A stretch of DNA of 64,000 nt from Perna viridis (Eukaryota): contig CM074519.1 in NCBI GenBank assembly GCA_037379345.1, positions 40,344,851 through 40,408,850 on the forward strand, in the 5' to 3' direction. Of the stretch, positions 26,983 through 39,152 are shown one piece after another. Positions within the stretch are counted from its first letter, which is position 1; every line of letters starts with the position of its first letter. Both the position numbers and the translations under genes were made by a program. A model generated the notes under the pieces. That model ran no database searches and had not been told where the DNA came from. It saw nothing but the letters and a program-made list of their open reading frames with translations.

Positions 26983-28096
26983 TAAATCGCGAAAACTAAT
27001 ACCCGTAAATATGTTCACTTGATATAATCCGCGAAAATTAGCAACCACTAAAATTGATACATTTACAGTAATACTTCCAAATAAATATATTATGATCAAA
27101 ACGAAATATTGACCAGTTGTTCATGCTAGTTTGCCCAATCATTGAAAGGAACAAGTATCCACTGACAGCTAATAAGCCGTTAAAAGTGTGTTGCAAAAAC
27201 ATTTCATAAAAAAAAATTCTAAATATCAAAATTAATCCTGTATGCACGTTGATTAATTGAACGCTTTATAGTTGAAATTTTGTAAGCTTAGTACTAATGC
27301 GATTGACACATGTTATTAAAAAAGAGAGTTGGCTATTTTTGGTTACACTATGAACTGAAAAGGTACTGTCAATACAAAGGAGATAGTCTAGACTGGCTGT
27401 TAAGTGTACATTTCTGCCTATTGACTGCAAGATAGCAATGAAGTACTTTCATGATTTGGGACATTTGACAATACCTGGAAGTTACATTATTTCTTATATG
27501 AAATGTTCCCCTCCGTCACAGACCAATGATAAATGTTAACAAAACAATAACCGCATGTTATAGACTCTCCTGTAGCAGTTCAAAAAATTGCAACGGTATT
27601 CAGTACGTCTCGCATGACAGTTAATTGCCACAGGTGTTGATAGGTGTTAGATTGTCTTAGTAACAACATTTTAATAGAAACAATTTAGTCAAAGTAGTCT
27701 TAAACTTGCGGATACGTTTTTGTTGACACATTTCAATATGTTTATATATCATATTTGAATTTGATTTTTGTTCCTGTGGCTTTTCTGTTTTGCATTTTTT
27801 TCTTTTTCTTACATGTTTAATTTTGTTTCATCTTTTAAAACAATTTTACCACAGTATTTACATATGATAAACATCGTAATCAATTTATGAGTAAGAAGCC
27901 TTGGGACGATTATACAAAATATGACTGATTAAAACATTCAAACAGTCGAAAAATTACCCATAAAGCCAATGGCAATCAGAGACATAACAAAAACTAAGAT
28001 AAAATACAAATTTTATTTTCCTTGTCTTCACATTAGATTGCGGACAACACGACTAGAATTACAATAATTCTTTCCGTAATGTTAAGGATATTTGTT

Positions 28097-28658
28097 TTAT
28101 TTTACCCTAATGAATACAGAGCTGCCGAAATGGGTGTTTTTCCACATGTCATTGTACTCAGTGCTCCTTGATAGAAGCCATTTTGAATGAATAGAATCTT
28201 CAGTAGTATAATGAATTCCTGTCAAACTTGCTACACTGGAGTCACCATCGTCGTTACCTATAGCAACCGAGAAGCCGAGAACAACATCACCCCCGACCAT
28301 AGTGTATCTACCCGAGAGGTCATATCGATGTATGTCGTCAAACTCGAATCGTCCAGTAAGGTATCCTTCCGTTGGTACAACATTTCCTTCCTGACACGTG
28401 AAAATCATCGAAGCACCTAAATCGTTTCTCCATTTCCCAGAAATGCCACAAGAGTCTGTAACAGAAATTTGCAGACAAATCAGCCTAATAAATTCAATGA
28501 ACAAAAGCTTTTGTTTACGATGCACATTTAAAAAAAAAACGAATCAACACCGGAATACGCAATAAAAAATGTTTAAAATGTATAATATACATACCGTCGC
28601 TAGGTGCGGTCGACCCTAAAAATGCCTGCAGCAGCAAAAACAGGATGACAATCATCAT
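28097..28658 (-). CDS. Secreted divergent avidin-like protein 2 (intact, 140 aa; most biotin-contact residues replaced)
   Basis: Exon 1 28658-28595 (MMIVILFLLLQAFLGSTAPSD + G, GTATG donor), 139-bp intron, exon 2 28455-28097: DSCGISGKWRNDLGASMIFTCQ...LSGRYTM...LGFSVAI...SLTG...SKWLLSR...DMWKNTHFGSSVFIRVK*. AATAAA at 28017-28012. Confidence 0.9.
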
Positions 28659-29182
28659 TTTAATGGAAGTCGTCTATGTATTTTAATTATTGCAAAAAGT
28701 ACTAGGTTAGGTTTATTTATAACATTATAAGTCAATTGTGACCTTCGATATCGGAAATCATTTGTTTTACTGACACGTATTTTTTAAGACAATGCATGTC
28801 ATTAAAAAGGCATATAATAGGAGATTTTATTTTCATAAAAAAGTACATTTAGCACATAGCATCAAATATTTTATAAAGATAAACAAATTTTCAAAGCGTA
28901 TTTGTTTAGAAAAATGTACGTGAAGCGCCCATGCATTTTAATTGTTTCTACTCTTTTCATACTTGTCATACAGACTATAATATATAACCTATATGGTGCC
29001 TTCTTCCTGCAAAATACCATTCCCTTCCTCTTGGGTGTTATCTACGTTAAAAATTATCCGCATGCTCTTATCTAAAAAAAAAACACTGCGGTTTATTGTT
29101 TGTATTTTGTTGTAAGTTTGTAAGTTTTAAATTGTAACAGACAGAGTTAACTAATACAATATACTGACAGCAAACATCTGGT
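28659..29182. promoter_or_regulatory. Putative bidirectional promoter between avidin-like 2 and 3
   Basis: Only 524 bp separate the two divergent ATGs. TATAAATA lies on the minus strand at 28721-28714, ~56 bp upstream of the avidin-like 2 ATG. Confidence 0.5.
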
Positions 29183-30120
29183 ATGATGGAAGGCTTTGTA
29201 ATACTGTTACTTGGGTGTTGTTCAAGTCTTGTTGTAGCAAAAGGTTAGTTAGAAAACTATATGTATTATATTTTGTGCTAAAAAAACACAATACAACAAT
29301 GAAATCACCTCAGAAACACAAATTTATAAACATGTCAGTTTTCTCGGATCACTCGTAATGCACAATGGTAACATCAGTGTAATACAGACTGTGTTTTCCA
29401 CTCTCAATAGTTTTGTGGCACTTTAATCATGTGTTACTTGTCAGTAATACTCAAAATGACTCAAAATGATTGATGAGTTCTTTCCTCTTTTGTATTTCTA
29501 TGTGCATTTAAATTTAAAATTAATATTTCTTAAATTCTGTAATTAATTTTGTGATTAATAAAAAGAGACCAATATGTCGAACCAATCACAGTAAAATAAA
29601 ACAAAAATGGAAAGAATGATTTGTTTTTTTTTTTTTTTTTTGTTTTTGTTTTTTTTTTTTTCAAAGACTACTATATATGGTTATATACATATGATTACAT
29701 AGATGTATTATTAACATTCGTAGGTTCGGGAACAAATAAATTAAGACAATGTAGAGTCGCTGGAAGATGGATAAATGAACTTAATTCAACCTTGGATGTC
29801 AGCCTGATTCCCTCACATCAAACGTGGGTATTCTTAAAGGAAGATATAAGACAGCAGTTGGAAGAGCTAAGGGTTATTACAAACTCTCTGGAAGGTACGC
29901 TAGATCAGGCACCGGCTTAAACAACTGTCTTGTCGGTTTTACTGTGGCCTGGAATAATCAGGTGTATGGAAACTCCAACTCCACAACTAGTTTTACAGGA
30001 AACTATTTTGCTGTTGACGACACTATTCACACACAGTGGGCTTTGGTATACCACACCAAGAAGGAGAACATGTGGCTAAACAGCTTAGTGGGGAATAACG
30101 CTTTCCGTAGACTAAAATGA
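29183..30120 (+). pseudogene. Avidin-like 3 (paralogue of avidin-like 1) with a single frameshift at ~29795; null allele, young pseudogene or assembly error
   Basis: Exon 1 29183-29243 (MMEGFVILLLGCCSSLVVAK + G). Exon 2 from 29724: GSGTNKLRQCRVAGRWINELNSTLD / frameshift / CQPDSLTSNVGILKGRYKTAVGRAKGYYKLSGRY...GFTVAWNNQVYGNSNSTTSFTG...QWAL...MWLNSLVGNNAFRRLK*. AATAAA at 30184-30189. Confidence 0.85.
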
Positions 30121-31609
30121 TAAAGATTGGAGTTGCCTCTTTTTGCGTTCTTATTTTTAAATAACGCAAATACTTGATTGGTCAATAAAATTTTCTTTTT
30201 GTTTTCTCTTTTGTACGTTTCATGCCTTAGATCAGATTACTTGATAATCAGTGGGTCAGATAACGACAGCCCCTCCCCTACGCACAAGAAAAACTCAACA
30301 GACTTATATGGGTAATAGATATAAGCATTCGAAAATGTTTTTGGATTCTAATAACTTTTATTTCCCCTTTCTGTTGGTGCTTCGATAGGATTCTTCCTTT
30401 TTTATTTGAATCGCAGTTGATAATTTTAAGCCTAGTAAAATAAAATACAATAATGCTTCGAGCTAGGATTCAACATTATGAAAGACAAAAAATAAAATTC
30501 AAACTTTTATTTCCGGTGTTTTTGCACGGAAAGCCAATATTGCCCAATATTTATGTGACTGGTTTATTATCAATTTTGTCTATATTGAATAATAATAACC
30601 ACTTTTTTTATATCATGATACTTTGTTGAGTTGATTGATATTGCCGAAATGTGATTTTGTTATAGGGATATCTTTGTGACTTGTGTCGGGGACTGCATTA
30701 CTGCTTCTTGACTATTATCGGATCACACTTGTAATACAACAGGTGCTGCTGGCGGAATAGAACATGCTTCCGAGGCACCTAATTTTGATCCCTTTATTGT
30801 AGGACTTGCTAGTGCTTTAGTTTTTTGTGTTACATCTTGTTCTTCTTATCTTCAGTTAAACATAGATTGTATTTTATTTGATTCGCTACCTTGTGTATTT
30901 TGGTCGTCTTGGTTTCCTGCTATCATGTTCCGGCCTTGTAAATGGATTTGTCCCATTTTTCACGCTTCGGTATTTGTGTGCCGATATTTACATTGCATCA
31001 AAAGACTTTGTCTTAATCCAACTAATTATTAATTAGAAACCACCAGTAGATCATTTAAAAAATCACAGAATAAAGTACATATAACAACTGTAATACAGTT
31101 AGATTCATTTCCGCTGCCTATTTGTTTTGTATTTTGTGTTTTATGTTGTGTTGTTCTGTGTCTGTTGGTTTCGTCTCCGCTTCTTTGAGTCGTATATGTA
31201 ATAAGCATGATTAATTTGGATTTTTGTAAATCTTTCGAAGGTTCTTGGTGTTGGTGTTCTCCCATCTTACATTTTCTTGAGATATCGGAAATGAAAGCTT
31301 ACATTGTACATAAATCATCATCAAACAGTGAAATTTAAAAAAGTAAAAAATCAAAAATGTATTAAAAGGAACAAAAAGCAGTTACTAAATCAGTGGATTC
31401 CAAATATGTAGGGTAATTGGAAATCGGAAGTTGAAAGTCAAATATCGTACTAAGAGAATTTAATCATTTATAAATTTTGAATCATATTCAATCTGTATCG
31501 TAAGCATTTGGTCAGTTACTGGCAATAGGTCCAAATTCGTTTCAGGTATGCGATATTATAAGGCTGCACTATTAACTCAATATTAATTAAACCTTCAACA
31601 CTGCTTGAT

Positions 31610-32320
31610 CATATTTCACGTTTGATAAGTCAAGAAGTGAATGAGCAAGTCCGACTCCACTAAAACATGGATCATGGAACAGGTGCATTGTTAGGGTAAA
31701 CGTCCTTAAATAGTTCATCGCGAATTGGAACCATTTCGAGTCTTACATCTTTCATTTTTGCATTGGCGCATAGGTGTCCTAGAAAGGTTAGAGGCTACGG
31801 CTTAAGAAGTCATCGTGTTTTGTCGTATAACTTGGTTATGAGTTTTCCTTTTCATTTGTCTCTAAGTGTAGGTCAAGATATGAAGCTGACTTCATGGGGT
31901 CTGTAAAATCCTTTATCTAATGTTCTTTGTGCTAGATGCGACATATAACATCCCCGAAACTACGATTGTTTAAAGACAATACTTATAAAGCGAAGACCGA
32001 GATCAAAGTATCCGGCTACGATGTTTCTTCTTTTGGATCAGATCAGCTGTATCCATCCTCATAATTGTAAAGAATTAGAAGATGATTTGGAATCATTTTT
32101 CCAAAGTATAGATAATCTCTACCAAGTACTATTTAATTTTTAGAGTAATAATGGACGATGTATAATTCTTTTGAGTAAGGATACCAGTATGGGGAATAGA
32201 AGCATGAAGGGTTGAAGATCATATGTCTTGATGTTATTATATTCCGATAATAATCTAGACTTGAGGAATTCCAGAAGATCTTTAATTTTATTTCAGGATC
32301 CACAATGAATTGATACCACT
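31610..32320 (-). mobile_element. Decayed Penelope-like RT fragment
   Basis: Reverse complement matches GINSLWIL...DLLEFL, IKTYD, SASYLDLHLE and KLYDK segments of the 25.5-27 kb copy. Confidence 0.65.
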
Positions 32321-32673
32321 ACATAGGAATAACTGCAACATATCTTTTCAATTGAAAAATAGATATATGATACTCTCTCATTAATAGGTAAAAAAAAATT
32401 TCCCAGATCATTTGAATATGCAGTTTATGCGTTTTTATGGGCAAAAATAGATATCCTAAACATATGTTTCTTGATTGTGTCTTTGGCCTAGAGAAAGTGA
32501 AAACAAACAACTTTGTTTTACAACACATTGATTTCAAACCTCATTATGTGTTGACAAATAGATAAATTTGACAAATTGTTCTCTTGCTTAACCAAATATT
32601 TTACGGGAGATATGTTAACACTGTAAATTCACTTATTTTATGTCTGTTATTGTACATGTGTAATTTTGTTTAC

Positions 32674-32790
32674 ACATTTGTTTTGTTGTTAGTTATGACC
32701 GTTGTTTTGTGTCACATTTGTTTTGTTGTTAGTTATGACCGTTGTTTTGTATCACATTTGTTTGTTGTTAGTTATGACCATTGTTTTGTA
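32674..32790. repeat. Minisatellite, ~39-bp unit x3
   Basis: CACATTTGTTTTGTTGTTAGTTATGACCGTTGTTTTGT repeated. Confidence 0.75.
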
Positions 32791-33528
32791 TTATGCTATA
32801 TATGTATACCCTCAATCCATTTCACAGATCCAATTACTATTCCAACCTATAACCTCTTCCTGTTATACTACGTATCACCCCGCTACCTAATAGGTTTTGC
32901 TATACAAGATGAGACAAAAAATCAAAAGCTTTATGTATATAAGTAGTACTCATTATAAATCAGTAAAGTTTATTCCATTGTAGTGTATTAATTACAAAAA
33001 GAGTCAGTGTTTAGAACTGAGTATAATATTGGTGAAAAGCTTTTAAGTAGCGAATATACAATCTGCGCAGGAGATTGCTATTATTCAGTGTATAAATTGG
33101 CTCTTTTATTTAGGCTTCACTTAGCATGAGCACTACTTATTCAGAATCTGCAGAGCTCTTTAAATCCGATGTTTATAATCTTAGTTGGAATCGTTACTAC
33201 GTTTAGTTTACTGTACAGATTGCGGTAAAAAGGGAAATTTTGAATGTGGCATGACCTCAGGCAAAGGTGTTAAATCTTTGAAACAGAGAATACACGCTTT
33301 TTGTATCAACTCTAATGGTAAATATGTTGCTAAAATAATAATAAGTAGAATGATACATGAAAACCAGCAACAAGACCTTGGTTTCACTTACTATAAGTCT
33401 TATTATAGGTTGGAATTATTTGTAAATCGCTGCAATACGTGCTTCGGTGGAGAATATAGCAGAAAATCTTATTTCTTTTTAATTCTATAATAGACTACTA
33501 CACATGAAATGTATGAGCAAAGTAAATC

Positions 33529-34347
33529 TCATTTTCCGATAGCACCGCCTCCCTGTCCGCCTTTGTTTTCTCTTGTAAATATTGCGCTTCCAAAATGTGT
33601 ATTCTTCCACATATCACAATATTCAGTATGTTTTGAAAAGAACCATTGAGTGTGAATATTGTCTTCAGAGGCATAATGAATTCCTGTCCAACTTGTGATG
33701 TTCGAGTTACCATGGTTGTTGCCAGTAGCGATAGAAAACCCGAGAATTCAGTCGCCGTATATCATCGTGTAGGAAACAACCATTAAAGAACCAAACTGGT
33801 TTGTCCATTTTCCCGAAACACCACAAGGATCTGCATTTGAAGGAAAAACTTAAAGTTATTTTGAAAATACGAAACCAAGGTAAATGCAAGGTAAACTTTT
33901 AAAAACGCCCGTTCTAGTGTGACCTACGTCCTTTGAAATAAAATGCTTTCTACATTTAAATAAGGTCTATGAGTGTACTAAATTTGGTCAGAATCTTTGT
34001 TATAATAGTGATAACAACGATGTTTCGGAATTAAAAGGAAAGAGAGTGACCTAGACCTTTGGCCTATGACATATAGGTTCGGCGGTTACGATTTAATTTT
34101 CGCGTATGTTTATTAATTATCGGTTGTTCTGAAATTTCCTGTAGTAATCATGAACTCCTAAAAGATATAGAGTAAGAAATGTTTGTACTCACATTTTTAT
34201 TAAATAAAAGACAAAATGGGTAAGATGAATTAGATTCCAAAGTCCAAGTCCAGAGTTTTATCAACTATGTAAATTAACAAACTTACCGTTACCAGCAGAC
34301 ATCACCAAGGTAGTTTGCAAAACGCAAAGCACAAATAGAGGCACCAT
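33529..34347 (-). pseudogene. Avidin-like 4 pseudogene (paralogue of avidin-like 2)
   Basis: Exon 1 34347-34287 (MVPLFVLCVLQTTLVMSAGN + G, GTAAG donor). Exon 2 33830-33529: DPCGVSGKWTNQFGSLMVVS[~30 codons missing vs gene 2]YTMIYGD*ILGFSIATGNNHGNSNITSWTGIHYASEDNIHTQWFFSKHTEYCDMWKNTHFGSAIFTRENKGGQGGGAIGK*. In-frame TGA at 33750-33748. Confidence 0.88.
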
Positions 34348-35384
34348 TTTACTAGGGTGTTGTAGAAATATGGCGTAATAGCTTTTTTGCAGTTCGGTAT
34401 TGAAAACAATTTTATTAACGCTTATCTAAATGATTTATGTGATAGGATCTGATATAATGGAAGTGTGGGGTTATAATAAGGTTTCCATCTGTATTACATT
34501 AGCGTGTTCCTTTACATCGTTAGTCAGTTTCATAAGTGATAGATTTATATTTAAGAACCTCCTTCCCGTACTGAAATGCTCACGTTGCACAAACCGAAAT
34601 GTTAATTCTCAACGCATCTTTCTATCTATGCAGTGTCTGACCCATAGGATGCCTTCCTTTGTGTGGTGTCTTTTCTATTTTCAACTGTCACATAAACCGA
34701 GGCAGATATTAATTAATAAAGTTGTATGATTTTAGGGGATAGTTAACAATATCTTAAAACCAAGAGTATTAAGATTATAACTTGTATTTTTCATTGAGGG
34801 CAAGAAATGTTAATAGAATCGGGCATTATTTGTAGGACTTTCAGTGATGTTAAATGCTGTGTTTGGTAAGTAATTTTTAACGACATACCATGTAGAAATC
34901 ATGGCAGAAAACTGTTGTGATAAATAGAAAACGGTGACCAACAAAATCAATAACTATTGCGTCTTGAAATTATACATTGTCGCATACAAAGCACTGTAAA
35001 ATAATAATTTCACACATGTGCGAAATATTTAACTTGTAACAAAACATAGATGAAATATCACGCTTTGTATTTTCGATTTACTTTTCTTCATCGAATCTCC
35101 TTTATATACCTTTTGTTATCGCTATTTTAAGCAGTTACTGTTCGAGATTTCTTTGAATTAGTACAAATTTAAAAGTTTTCGGTCTTTTGACTATTCTTAC
35201 GCGTTTATCGCAAAATGGGAAAACGGTAATAAGTATCCAATCGTAGACCTCCGTGACAAAAATCTTTCAACATGTAATGATTTGTGTTTTCCTTCATTGT
35301 CCATTATACTCCTTGACTGTGTAACATGAATACTATTACACCAGCTGATCATATTGACAGTAAAAAGTCTTTGATTCTCTATTG

Positions 35385-35830
35385 TACCGGTGCACCTGGT
35401 CCATCAACCCAGTTTTTAGTGGAGTCCGAGTGGCTCATTTGCTGTTGTTACTTTGTATGTATGATTTTAGTTACTTTATGTTCTTTGTTGTGTATGTCTG
35501 TTTTCCGTGTCTGGTCTTTGTCCCTGGATTGCATTCTTTTGATTACCGCTATAACCTTGGTTCCCTTGATTACTCTTTCAATTCATTGGCATTGCAATTG
35601 GAACAAATTGTAGTCCTCTACTCACTAGCCTATTTCTTCACTCTAATGAAGCTGACTTTATTAGCTGACCTGATCCAAACGAAGGAAGATCGTTTAGCAA
35701 GATCCTTTGATCTCAGTTTCTTTGCTATACAGATGAGGTATTGTCTTTGAACAATCCTAGTTTATGAATACATGACATTCACTCCAAAGAACTTAAGATA
35801 AAGGACACTACTGACACTATTAAGACAGCC
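35385..35830 (+). mobile_element. Penelope-like element: 3' tail followed by RT fragment (pseudo-LTR/tandem-type arrangement)
   Basis: Family tail at 35385-35578, then EADFIADLIQ-KE-RLARSFDLSF and KELKIKDTTDT remnants at 35625-35830. Confidence 0.7.
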
Positions 35831-38800
35831 ATGTAAACCCATGGATAGGACAATGGGGAATGGGGGAGGGGATAATTTTGATTGGTCAATCAAAAAAATT
35901 GTTCTGCCTTTTTCATAATTCTATGACAGCAAATTAAAGAGTTTAAAAAAAAAAAAAAGCTTGTTTTAGAGTAATTTTAATGATTACATGTGTCGCAGTT
36001 CATTATTCATTGACATTTTTATTTTTTATTTTTACTGGAAGTACATTTGTACAGTATTTAATTTCTCATCATTATATGTTTGCGCTCATATGATTTCTGA
36101 ATGTCATTTTTTTTAAATTTGTTAAATTTGGACTGAAGTAATTTTGTGTGGGAGACACTTGAATGATTTTAATATTGACAAATTAAACATACTGAGCAAT
36201 AATTACAAGACCAATGATTTTGGACAATTATTGAAATTAAAATCGTTTGCACCCTTACAATCTGCAGAAATATGTCATTTTTTGAAGAATTGGACTGAAA
36301 TTAATGTGTCACAGCCAAACATGATACTTATTTTGTCACTTTTTACATTTGAAACAATAATATCAGTCCATCAGTATACATTTGGAAAAGTGTTTCCCTA
36401 CTTTAAATTTGAAATAAAACAAGAATACCCATTTTTAAGAATAATTTTAGAAATTAAATTCATTCACAATTTATACATATATCTATAGTTTTAAGAATAT
36501 TTGCATGATTATTTCTCATGCAGCTCGGAGTGGAGATAATACATGTAAACAATGCAAATATTGTGTGATTTTGGTAATTCTTGAACTTGGAGGGGAGATG
36601 GGGCATAGGGCATGGGAAAATGGGGAATGGGGCAATGGGGTATGGGACAAGTGGGAAGTTTATCCCATACAAGTGTAGGAACTGTATTACTGTTCATGGG
36701 GTACAAATTTTTGTAGTTTACATGGTTTTGCTAAACCGCAAAATTTCGTTTCAAACAAAATAGAAATTTTCCATTCATTTTCATAATAGGGGTATGAAAT
36801 CCACGAAATTCAAGAATCTACGAACTGATGTTTTTCCCCTAAACCATGTAAATTGGTATGCACAAAACATGGACAATAAATACATTATACAATGATTTTC
36901 ATTAAAAATAAAAAAGCAATGAACAAATGATGATTTGTTGTTATTTTAATAAAACATTCAACCAAAATTCTCAAATAGATAAAACATTTTGCAAAATATG
37001 TATTAAAAATATAATGAAATATCACATATGACCAGTATATAACTAAATCCCTTTATTTGTACAATGTTCTAATTTCTACTATACAGTCAATGATCTTTAT
37101 TGCCAAATATCAGAAGCCATACTTCAATTATTAATCAATTATTCTGTGTATATAAACATCAGTTACAGATCCATCCTAGTATTTGCTTATTTTTGCCAAA
37201 AATTTGCACAAAATTGTCAAATAAAAGTAGGGAGCTACAACTCAGGAACGATTCCCCTATGATCCACTATTGGGCTAACTCTATCAATAGAAAAAATGGT
37301 TGAATTACATTATACACTACTCAAACTTTCTACAAAACAAGAAGACGAAGTGTGTACATTAAAGTTCAATTTTCACAAAAATGGAAGCACCATAGCTAAA
37401 ACACTTAGACTAGACTTACAATGACCACATATTGAGATATAGTGATCATTTGTCATTACACTTGACCTATAAAATGAACTTATATGCAAATAAGTTGATT
37501 GGGAGAAAATTTGTTGTATTTGAATAAGCATATGTAACAACATTCTAACAATTAAACAGACAGTGACCTACTATTGTAGTAGAGAACCTGAAAATTAGTC
37601 ATCTAAAAACTGAGAAAAAACATCACTTGCTTTATGTGTAGTAGCTATTGTTATTATGCCACTGAGGTCAAAAGGGCGATGTCAATTTTTGTGAATTTCC
37701 ACTTAAAAACTTCCACTTGAGTTCCGTTAAAAAGGTCATAATACAACTTTCTATTATTTCAATTTTACATCAGTTGCATTTCATAATAATAAAACTTCTC
37801 AGTAATTTGTTATTTTACGAAAATAACTGAAAAAAAACATACAGGTTGGTGCTTTTTGGGCTGATGAAAAAATGGCACCATGATATAACAATTATTTCAC
37901 CCTTCTACAACTTACTGATGTACAGACATATATATATATATTACTGGGTTGAAACAAAACGAAATTTACAAATGTTGACAGCAAGTGCTAACCTATAGAA
38001 GTGAAAGAAAATATGAAAGTAGCTGTCACAATGCAATTTTCTAGCAAGATTACATAACATCTTGTTGGAACTATCTTTAAAATGAATTTTATACAACCAA
38101 CAAATTTGAACTACAAGAATTTGTACATGGCAAAGCTGTCATCTAATCGTAAGTTTCTACCCATAAAGTTCAAGATCATACAATATAAATTGTGATGGAA
38201 TGTCAAAACAACTATTGAGTTCAGGTTAAATCTGACTATTTACCCTGATAAGTAAACAGGAACACAGTCAATACATGAACATGAGTAATCATTAAACAAC
38301 TTAGGTATGAAGACTTGGCAATAGAATTAAAATTAGAACTAATTATTCCATTCCGTCACTGCTGTAGGGTCTAACAACACTCCATTCTACTGTCTGTTCT
38401 GATGACCTTTTTGGTCAGCCAATCAGACTTTATCTTTCCTGATTTTGAAAGCATTATTCAAAAGGAAAAACCTGAAAATTCTGTAAAGGTCATCGGAACA
38501 AAAATTAGAGTGTTGTTAAATTCTACATGCAGTGAATGAATCGAACAATTGATAGGTCTAATATTAATTAGATTGGAGGACTTATAAAATAAAACAGGGT
38601 ATAATTCAACATTACACAAGCACCATGGTTACAGACTTAGTTTTGACATAAAAATACAATGTCATTAATCAGCTGAAATTGCACACGTATATCATGCACA
38701 TAATTTTTACAAAAATACCCAGAATGTGAACCAATGTAAGGATTTCTACACTATGTAAGTTGTCATGGATTTCATGCAGTTACTGATGATAAACAATGCA

Positions 38801-39152
38801 GGGGGTCTGACTACCCTGAGGTTTAAAGGCTTAAGACATGGTTTACAGTTCATCTCTCAAAATGCACAAAACTCTAACCTAAGACATTCCACTTTTTGTA
38901 AATACTGATTTAACTACAAAAGTTAAAATAAATCATTTAAGAACCTCAAACAAACAACTCTAAATTCTCTGTATATATTTTACTACATACAGATCTATTA
39001 CAATACCACTTGCTCTTTAAATGCTGATATCACAGGAACACTTCAGAATGATGAAGTTTACTCAGTAATTAGAAACTTTCTTCTCAGTAACAATAAATAA
39101 TAGAGAAGTTGAAAGGTCAAGGACAGTTAACTGAACTAAATACTTTCAAGGA

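Noticed and set aside
29621-30120. Overlapping ORFs 29621-29920 and 29824-30120 as two genes or a programmed frameshift
   Set aside because: They are the two halves of one avidin exon. There is no slippery heptamer at the junction, and the paralogue shows a simple deletion.
33748-33750. In-frame TGA aligned to Cys in avidin-like 4 as possible selenocysteine
   Set aside because: The same gene lacks ~30 codons of the beta-barrel and I could not identify a SECIS by eye; a TGY->TGA nonsense change is simpler.
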